Positions 54,901 through 64,000 of a DNA stretch of 64,000 nucleotides are shown here, piece after piece. Made by a program: the position numbers and the translations under genes. Under the pieces are notes generated by a model. The model saw only the letters and a list, made by a program, of their open reading frames with translations. It did no database searches and was not told the origin of the DNA. The DNA is taken from NCBI RefSeq assembly GCF_964204645.1, contig NC_134032.1, positions 5,108,175 to 5,172,174 of the forward strand, given 5' to 3'. How positions within the stretch are numbered: the first letter of the stretch is position 1; the number at the start of each line of letters is the position of its first letter. Origin of the DNA: Tubulanus polymorphus. Lineage: Eukaryota > Animalia > Nemertea.

Positions 54901-57900
54901 GGAGCGAGAAAAGACGTTTTCTTATCAAATTTTCCCCCTATCGGAAAAATGACGATGTCGATGCGTAAAAGCGCTCAAATCGTCAGGAAAAGCACATTTC
55001 GACCCGAAAACGTCGTTCGGAGCGAGAAAAGACGTTTTTTTTATCAAATTTCCCCCCTATCGGAAAAATGACGATGTCGATGCGTAAAAGCGCTCAAATC
55101 GTCAATAAAGCGCATTTCGACCCGAAAACGTCGTTCAGCGCGAGAAAAGGCGTTTTCTTATCAAATTTTCCCCCTATCGGAAAAATGACGATGTCGATGC
55201 GTAAAGCGCTCAAATCGTCAGGAAAACCACATTTCGACCCGAAAACGTCGTACAGCGCGAGAAAAGACGTTTTCTTATCGAATTTCCCCCCTATAGGAAA
55301 AATGACGATGTCGATGCGTAAAAGCGCTGAAATCGTCAGGAAAAGCACATTTCGACCAAAAAACGTCGTTCAGAGTAGAAAAGACGTTTTCTTATCAAAT
55401 TTCCCCCTATCGGAAAAATGACGATGTCGATGCGTAAAGCGCTCAAATCGTCAGGAAAAGCACATTTCGACCCGAAAACGTCGATCGAAGCGAGAAAAGA
55501 CGTTTTCTTATCAAATTTTCCCCCTATCGGAAAAATGACGATGTCGATGCGTAAAGCGCTCAAATCGTCAGGAAGAGCACATTTCGACCCGAAAACGTCG
55601 ATCGGAGCGAGAAAAGACGTTTTCTTATCGAATTTCCCCCTATCGGAAAAATGACGATGTCGATGCGTAAAAGCGCTCAAATCGTCAGGAAAAGCGCATT
55701 TCGACCCCGAAAACGTCGATCGGAGCGAGAAAACACGTTTTCTTATCGAATTTTCCCCCTATCGGAAAAATGACGATGTCGATGCGTAAAAGCGCTCAAA
55801 TCGTCAGGAAAAGCACATTTCGACCCGAATACGTCGTTCGGAGCGAGAAAAGACGTTTTCTTATCAAATTTCCCCCTATCGGAAAAATGACGATGTCGAT
55901 GCGTAAAGCGCTCAAATCGTCAGGAAGAGCACATTTCGACCCGAAAACGTCGATCGGAGCGAGAAAAGACGTTTTCTTATCGAATTTCCCCCTATCGGAA
56001 AAATGACGATGTCGATGCGTAAAAGCGCTCAAATCGTCAGGAAAAGCACATTTCGACCCGAAAAGTCGATCGGAGCGAGAAAAGGCGTTTTCCTATCAAA
56101 TTTTCCCCCTATCGGAAAAATGACGATGTCGATGCGTAAAAGCGCTCAAATCGTCAGGAAAAGCACATTTCGACCCGAAAACGTCGATCGGAGCGAGAAA
56201 AGACGTTTTCTTTTCAAATTGTCCCCCTATCGGAAAAATGACGATGTCGATGCTTAAAAGCGCTCAAATCGTCAGGAAAACCACATTTCGACCCGAAAAC
56301 GTCGTTCAGCGCGAGAAAAGACGTTTTCTTATCAAATTTCCCCCCTATCGGAAAAATGACGATGTCGATGCTTAAAAGCGCTCAAATCGTCAGGAAAACC
56401 ACATTTCGACCCGAAAACGTCGTTCGGAGCGAGAAAAGACGTTTTCTTATCAAATTTTCCCCCTATCGGAACAATGACGATGTCGATGCGTAAAGCGCTC
56501 AAATCGTCAGGAAAAGCGCATTTCGACCCGAAAACGTCGATCGGAGCGAGAAAACACGTTTTCTTATCAAATTTCCCCCTATCGGAAAAATGACGAGGTC
56601 GATGCGTAAAAGTGCTCAAATCGTCATGAAAAGCGCATTTCGACCCGAAAACGTCGATCGGAGCGAGAAAAGACGTTTTCTTATCAAATTTTCCCCCTAT
56701 CGGAAAAATGACGATGTCGATGCGTAAAAGCGCTCAAATCGTCAGGAAAAGCACATTTCGACCCGAAAACGTCGTTCAGAGCGAGAAAAGACGTTTTCTT
56801 ATCAAAATTCCCCCCATCGGAAAAATGATAATGTGGATGCGTAAAAGCGCTCAAATCGTCAGGAAAAGCACATTTCGACCTGAAAACGTCGTTCGGAGCG
56901 AGAAAAGACGTTTTCTTATCAAATTTTCCCCCTATCGGAAAAATGACGATGTCGATGCGTAAAAGCGCTCAAATCGTCAGGAAAAGCACATTTCGACCCG
57001 AAAACGTCGTTCGGAGCGAGAAAAGACGTTTTCTTACCAAATTTCCCCCCTATCGGAAAAATGACGATGTCGATGCGTAAAAGCGCTCAAATCGTCAGGA
57101 AAAGCACATTTCGACCCGAAAACGTCGTTCGGAGCGAGAAAAGACGTTTTCTTATCAAATTTCCCCCCTATCGGAAAAATGACGATGTCGATGCGAAAAA
57201 GCGCTCAAATCGTAAGGAAAAGCACATTTCGACCCGAAAACGTCATTCGGAGCGAGAAAAGACGTTTTCTTATCAAATTTCCCCCTATCGGAAAAATGAC
57301 GATGTCGATGCGTAAAAGCGCTCAAATCGTCAGGAAAAGCGCATTTCGACCCGAAAACGTCATTCGGAGCGAGAAAAGACGTTTTCTTATCAAATTTCCC
57401 CCTATCGGAAAAATGACGATGTCGATGCGTAAAAGCGCTCAAATCGTCAGGAAAAGCGCATTTCGACCCGAAAACGTCGTTCAGCGCGAGAAAAGGCGTT
57501 TTCTCATCAAATTTTCCCCCTATCGGAAAAATGACGATGTCGATGCGTAAAAGCGATCAAATCGTCAGGAAAACCACATTTCGACCCGAAAACGTCGTTC
57601 AGCGCGAGAAAAGACGTTTTCTTATCAAATTTTCCCCCTATCGGAAAAATGACAATGTGGATGCGTAAAAGCGCTCAAATCGTCAGGAAAAGCACATTTC
57701 GACACGAAAACGTCGTTCGGAGCGAGAAAAGACGTTTTCTTATCAAATTTTCCCCCTATCGGAAAAATGACGATGTCGATGCGTAAAAGCGCTCAAATCG
57801 TCAGGAAAAGCAAATTTCGACCCGAAAACGTCGTTCGGAGCGAGAAAAGACGTTTTCTTATCAAATTTCCCCCCTATCGGAAAAATGACGATGTCGATGC

Positions 57901-60900
57901 GAAAAAGCGCTCAAATCGTCAGGAAAAGCACATTTCGACCCGAAAACGTCGATCGGAGCGAGAAAAGACGTTTTCTTATCGAATTTCCCCCTATCGGAAA
58001 AATGACGATGTCGATGCGTAAAAGCGCTCAAATAGTCAGGAAAAGCACATTTCGACCCGAATACGTCGTTCGGAGCGAGAAAAGACGTTTTCTTTTCAAA
58101 TTTCCCCCCTATCGGAAAAATGACGATGTCGATGCTTAAAAGCGCTCAAATCGTCAGGAAAACCACATTTCGACCCGAAAACGTCGTTCAGCGCGAGAAA
58201 AGACGTTTTCTTATCAAATTTCCCCCCTATCGGAAAAATGACGATGTCGATGCTTAAAAGCGCTCAAATCGTCAGGAAAACCACATTTCGACCCGAAAAC
58301 GTCGTTCGGAGCGAGAAAAGACGTTTTCTTATCAAATTTTCCCCCTATCGGAACAATGACGATGTCGATGCGTAAAGCGCTCAAATCGTCAGGAAAAGCG
58401 CATTTCGACCCGAAAACGTCGATCGGAGCGAGAAAACACGTTTTCTTATCAAATTTCCCCCTATCGGAAAAATGACGATGTCGATGCGTAAAAGTGCTCA
58501 AATCGTCATGAAAAGCGCATTTCGACCCGAAAACGTCGATCGGAGCGAGAAAAGACGTTTTCTTTTCAAATTGTCCCCCTATCGGAAAAATGACGATGTC
58601 GATGCTTAAAAGCGCTCAAATCGTCAGGAAAACCACATTTCGACCCGAAAACGTCGTTCAGCGCGAGAAAAGACGTTTTCTTATCAAATTTCCCCCCTAT
58701 CGGAAAAATGACGATGTCGATGCTTAAAAGCGCTCAAATCGTCAGGAAAACCACATTTCGACCCGAAAACGTCGTTCGGAGCGAGAAAAGACGTTTTCTT
58801 ATCAAATTTTCCCCCTATCGGAACAATGACGATGTCGATGCGTAAAGCGCTCAAATCGTCAGGAAAAGCGCATTTCGACCCGAAAACGTCGATCGGAGCG
58901 AGAAAACACGTTTTCTTATCAAATTTCCCCCTATCGGAAAAATGACGAGGTCGATGCGTAAAAGTGCTCAAATCGTCATGAAAAGCGCATTTCGACCCGA
59001 AAACGTCGATCGGAGCGAGAAAAGACGTTTTCTTATCAAATTTTCCCCCTATCGGAAAAATGACGATGTCGATGCGTAAAAGCGCTCAAATCGTCAGGAA
59101 AAGCACATTTCGACCCGAAAACGTCGTTCAGAGCGAGAAAAGACGTTTTCTTATCAAAATTCCCCCATCGGAAAAATGATAATGTGGATGCGTAAAAGCG
59201 CTCAAATCGTCAGGAAAAGCACATTTCGACCTGAAAACGTCGTTCGGAGCGAGAAAAGACGTTTTCTTATCAAATTTTCCCCCTATCGGAAAAATGACGA
59301 TGTCGATGCGTAAAAGCGCTCAAATCGTCAGGAAAAGCACATTTCGACCCGAAAACGTCGTTCGGAGCGAGAAAAGACGTTTTCTTACCAAATTTCCCCC
59401 CTATCGGAAAAATGACGATGTCGATGCGTAAAAGCGCTCAAATCGTCAGGAAAAGCACATTTCGACCCGAAAACGTCGTTCGGAGCGAGAAAAGACGTTT
59501 TCTTATCAAATTTCCCCCCTATCGGAAAAATGACGATGTCGATGCGAAAAAGCGCTCAAATCGTAAGGAAAAGCACATTTCGACCCGAAAACGTCATTCG
59601 GAGCGAGAAAAGACGTTTTCTTATCAAATTTCCCCCTATCGGAAAAATGACGATGTCGATGCGTAAAAGCGCTCAAATCGTCAGGAAAAGCGCATTTCGA
59701 CCCGAAAACGTCATTCGGAGCGAGAAAAGACGTTTTCTTATCAAATTTCCCCCTATCGGAAAAATGACGATGTCGATGCGTAAAAGCGCTCAAATCGTCA
59801 GGAAAAGCGCATTTCGACCCGAAAACGTCGTTCAGCGCGAGAAAAGGCGTTTTCTCATCAAATTTTCCCCCTATCGGAAAAATGACGATGTCGATGCGTA
59901 AAAGCGATCAAATCGTCAGGAAAACCACATTTCGACCCGAAAACGTCGTTCAGCGCGAGAAAAGACGTTTTCTTATCAAATTTTCCCCCTATCGGAAAAA
60001 TGACAATGTGGATGCGTAAAAGCGCTCAAATCGTCAGGAAAAGCACATTTCGACACGAAAACGTCGTTCGGAGCGAGAAAAGACGTTTTCTTATCAAATT
60101 TTCCCCCTATCGGAAAAATGACGATGTCGATGCGTAAAAGCGCTCAAATCGTCAGGAAAAGCAAATTTCGACCCGAAAACGTCGTTCGGAGCGAGAAAAG
60201 ACGTTTTCTTATCAAATTTCCCCCTATCGGAAAAATGACGATGTCGATGCGAAAAAGCGCTCAAATCGTCAGGAAAAGCACTTTTCGACCCGAAAACGTC
60301 GTTCAGCGCGAGAAAAGACGTTTTCGTATCAAATATTCCCCCTATCGGAAAAATGACGATGTCGATGCGTAAAAGCGCTCAAATAGTCAGGAAAAGCACA
60401 TTTCGACCCGAAAACGTCGATCGGAGCGAGAAAAGACGTTTTCTTATCGAATTTCCCCCTATCGGAAAAATGACGATGTCGATGCGTAAAAGCGCTCAAA
60501 TCGTCAGGAAAAGCGCATTTCGACCCGAAAACGTCATTCGGAGCGAGAAAAGACGTTTTCTTATCAAATTTCCCCCTATCGGAAAAATGACGATGTCGAT
60601 GCGTAAAAGCGCTCAAATCGTCAGGAAAAGCGCATTTCGACCCGAAAACGTCGTTCAGCGCGAGAAAAGGCGTTTTCCTCATCAAATTTTCCCCCTATCG
60701 GAAAAATGACGATGTCGATGCGTAAAAGCGATCAAATCGTCAGGAAAACCACATTTCGACCCGAAAACGTCGTTCAGCGCGAGAAAAGACGTTTTCTTAT
60801 CAAATTTTCCCCCCTATCGGAAAAATGACAATGTGGATGCGTAAAAGCGCTCAAATCGTCAGGAAAAGCACATTTCGACACGAAAACGTCGTTCGGAGCG

Positions 60901-63900
60901 AGAAAAGACGTTTTCTTATCAAATTTTCCCCCTATCGGAAAAATGACGATGTCGATGCGTAAAAGCGCTCAAATCGTCAGGAAAAGCAAATTTCGACCCG
61001 AAAACGTCGTTCGGAGCGAGAAAAGACGTTTTCTTATCAAATTTCCCCCCTATCGGAAAAATGACGATGTCGATGCGAAAAAGCGCTCAAATCGTCAGGA
61101 AAAGCACATTTCGACCCGAAAACGTCGATCGGAGCGAGAAAAGACGTTTTCTTATCGAATTTCCCCCTATCGGAAAAATGACGATGTCGATGCGTAAAAG
61201 CGCTCAAATAGTCAGGAAAAGCACATTTCGACCCGAATACGTCGTTCGGAGCGAGAAAAGACGTTTTCTTTTCAAATTTCCCCCCTATCGGAAAAATGAC
61301 GATGTCGATGCTTAAAAGCGCTCAAATCGTCAGGAAAACCACATTTCGACCCGAAAACGTCGTTCAGCGCGAGAAAAGACGTTTTCTTATCAAATTTCCC
61401 CCCTATCGGAAAAATGACGATGTCGATGCTTAAAAGCGCTCAAATCGTCAGGAAAACCACATTTCGACCCGAAAACGTCGTTCGGAGCGAGAAAAGACGT
61501 TTTCTTATCAAATTTTCCCCCTATCGGAACAATGACGATGTCGATGCGTAAAAGTGCTCAAATCGTCATGAAAAGCGCATTTCGACCCGAAAACGTCGAT
61601 CGGAGCGAGAAAAGACGTTTTCTTATCAAATTTTCCCCCTATCGGAAAAATGACGATGTCGATGCGTAAAAGCGCTCAAATCGTCAGGAAAAGCACATTT
61701 CGACCCGAAAACGTCGTTCAGAGCGAGAAAAGACGTTTTCTTATCAAAATTCCCCCCATCGGAAAAATGATAATGTGGATGCGTAAAAGCGCTCAAATCG
61801 TCAGGAAAAGCACATTTCGACCCGAAAACGTCGTTCGGAGCGAGAAAAGACGTTTTCTTATCAAATTTTCCCCCTATCGGAAAAATGACGATGTCGATGC
61901 GTAAAAGCGCTCAAATCGCCAGGAAAAGCACATTTCGACCCGAAAACGTCGTTCGGAGCGAGAAAAGACGTTTTTTTTATCAAATTTCCCCCCTATCGGA
62001 AAAATGACGATGTCGATGCGTAAAAGCGCTCAAATCGTCAGGAAAAGCACATTTCGACCCGAAAACGTCGTTCGGAGCGAGAAAAGACGTTTTCTTATCA
62101 AATTTCCCCCCTATCGGAAAAATGACGATGTCGATGCGAAAAAGCGCTCAAATCGTAAGGAAAAGCACATTTCGACCCGAAAACGTCGTTCGGAGCGAGA
62201 AAAGACGTTTTCTTATCAAATTTCCCCCTATCGGAAAAATGACGATGTCGATGCGTAAAAGCGCTCAAATCGTCAGGAAAAGCGCATTTCGACCCGAAAA
62301 CGTCGTTCAGCGCGAGAAAAGGCGTTTTCTTATCAAATTTTCCCCCTATCGGAAAAATGACGATGTCGATGCGTAAAGCGCTCAAATCGTCAGGAAAACC
62401 ACATTTCGACCCGAAAACGTCGTTCAGCGCGAGAAAAGACGTTTTCTTATCGAATTTCCCCCCTATAGGAAAAATGACGATGTCGATGCGTAAAAGCGCT
62501 CAAATCGTCAGGAAAAGCACATTTCGACCAAAAAACGTCGTTCAGAGTAGAAAAGACGTTTTCTTATCAAATTTCCCCCTATCGGAAAATGACGATGTCG
62601 ATGCGTAAAGCGCTCAAATCGTCAGGAAAAGCACATTTCGACCCGAAAACGTCGATCGAAGCGAGAAAAGACGTTTTCTTATCAAATTTTCCCCCTATCG
62701 GAAAAATGACGATGTCGATGCGTAAAGCGCTCAAATCGTCAGGAAGAGCACATTTCGACCCGAAAACGTCGATCGGAGCGAGAAAAGACGTTTTCTTATC
62801 GAATTTCCCCCTATCGGAAAAATGACGATGTCGATGCGTAAAAGCGCTCAAATCGTCAGGAAAAGCGCATTTCGACCCCGAAAACGTCGATCGGAGCGAG
62901 AAAAGACGTTTTCTTATCGAATTTCCCCCTATCGGAAAAATGACGATGTCGATGCGTAAAAGCGCTCAAATCGTCAGGAAAAGCACATTTCGACCAAAAA
63001 CGTCGTTCAGCGCGAGAAAAGGCGTTTTCTCATCAAATTTTCCCCCTATCGGAAAAATGACGATGTCGATGCGTAAAAGCGATCAAATCGTCAGGAAAAC
63101 CACATTTCGACCCGAAAACGTCGTTCAGCGCGAGAAAAGACGTTTTCTTATCAAATTTTCCCCCTATCGGAAAAATGACAATGTGGATGCGTAAAAGCGC
63201 TCAAATCGTCAGGAAAAGCACATTTCGACACGAAAACGTCGTTCGGAGCGAGAAAAGACGTTTTCTTATCAAATTTTCCCCCTATCGGAAAAATGACGAT
63301 GTCGATGCGTAAAAGCGCTCAAATCGTCAGGAAAAGCAAATTTCGACCCGAAAACGTCGTTCGGAGCGAGAAAAGACGTTTTCTTATCAAATTTCCCCCC
63401 TATCGGAAAAATGACGATGTCGATGCGAAAAAGCGCTCAAATCGTCAGGAAAAGCACATTTCGACCCGAAAACGTCGATCGGAGCGAGAAAAGACGTTTT
63501 CTTATCGAATTTCCCCCTATCGGAAAAATGACGATGTCGATGCGTAAAAGCGCTCAAATAGTCAGGAAAAGCACATTTCGACCCGAATACGTCGTTCGGA
63601 GCGAGAAAAGACGTTTTCTTTTCAAATTTCCCCCCTATCGGAAAAATGACGATGTCGATGCTTAAAAGCGCTCAAATCGTCAGGAAAACCACATTTCGAC
63701 CCGAAAACGTCGTTCAGCGCGAGAAAAGACGTTTTCTTATCAAATTTCCCCCCCTATCGGAAAAATGACGATGTCGATGCTTAAAAGCGCTCAAATCGTC
63801 AGGAAAACCACATTTCGACCCGAAAACGTCGTTCGGAGCGAGAAAAGACGTTTTCTTATCAAATTTTCCCCCTATCGGAACAATGACGATGTCGATGCGT

Positions 63901-64000
63901 AAAGCGCTCAAATCGTCAGGAAAAGCGCATTTCGACCCGAAAACGTCGATCGGAGCGAGAAAACACGTTTTCTTATCAAATTTCCCCTATCGGAAAAATG
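48953..64000. repeat. CpG-rich ~118-bp satellite DNA array (~128 monomers, continues beyond window)
   Basis: Monomer GACGATGTCGATGCGTAAAAGCGCTCAAATCGTCAGGAAAAGCACATTTCGACCCGAAAACGTCGTTCGGAGCGAGAAAAGACGTTTTCTTATCAAATTTTCCCCCTATCGGAAAAAT; period ~117-120 bp. Confidence 0.98.

Noticed and set aside
48948-64000. Dozens of ORFs (MTMSMRKSAQ..., MSTFTHR...)
   Set aside because: Translations of the 118-bp satellite; frames break at homopolymer length variants.
48953-64000. CRISPR array or CENP-B box in the satellite
   Set aside because: No unique spacers or cas genes; the TTCG-containing segments do not fit TTCGNNNNANNCGGG.

Overview
Eukaryotic (probably invertebrate animal) heterochromatin-like DNA made of three nested Polinton/Maverick (adintovirus-like) elements followed by a satellite array. 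Element A (5' end outside the window, 3' end ...TATATAACTACT at 48952) is a decayed group-1-type Maverick. It carries a spliced Zn-finger-fused pPolB with a VSR-like insertion, packaging ATPase, integrase, minor and major capsid proteins, adenain protease, and PC4, TBP-like and RING cargo, and it abuts a ~118-bp satellite (48953-64000). Two related, very AT-rich group-2-type elements are inserted into A, each with an exact 6-bp TSD. Element B (7937-26308, TSD TCTGCC) has 602-bp TIRs whose outer 406 bp is itself a long hairpin. Element C (32657-47292, TSD ATAGTA) has short TIRs. Highlights: (1) a full-length LAGLIDADG intein in the catalytic YxD|TDS motif of C's protein-primed polymerase, with an intein-free allele in B; (2) poxvirus-like TAAATG promoters of two classes, plus a VLTF3-like gene in C, suggesting dependence on a large-DNA-virus-type transcription system; (3) potentially self-priming hairpin termini in B; (4) a covarying structured non-coding element shared by B and C. 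All protein assignments come from visual motif recognition, not database searches.
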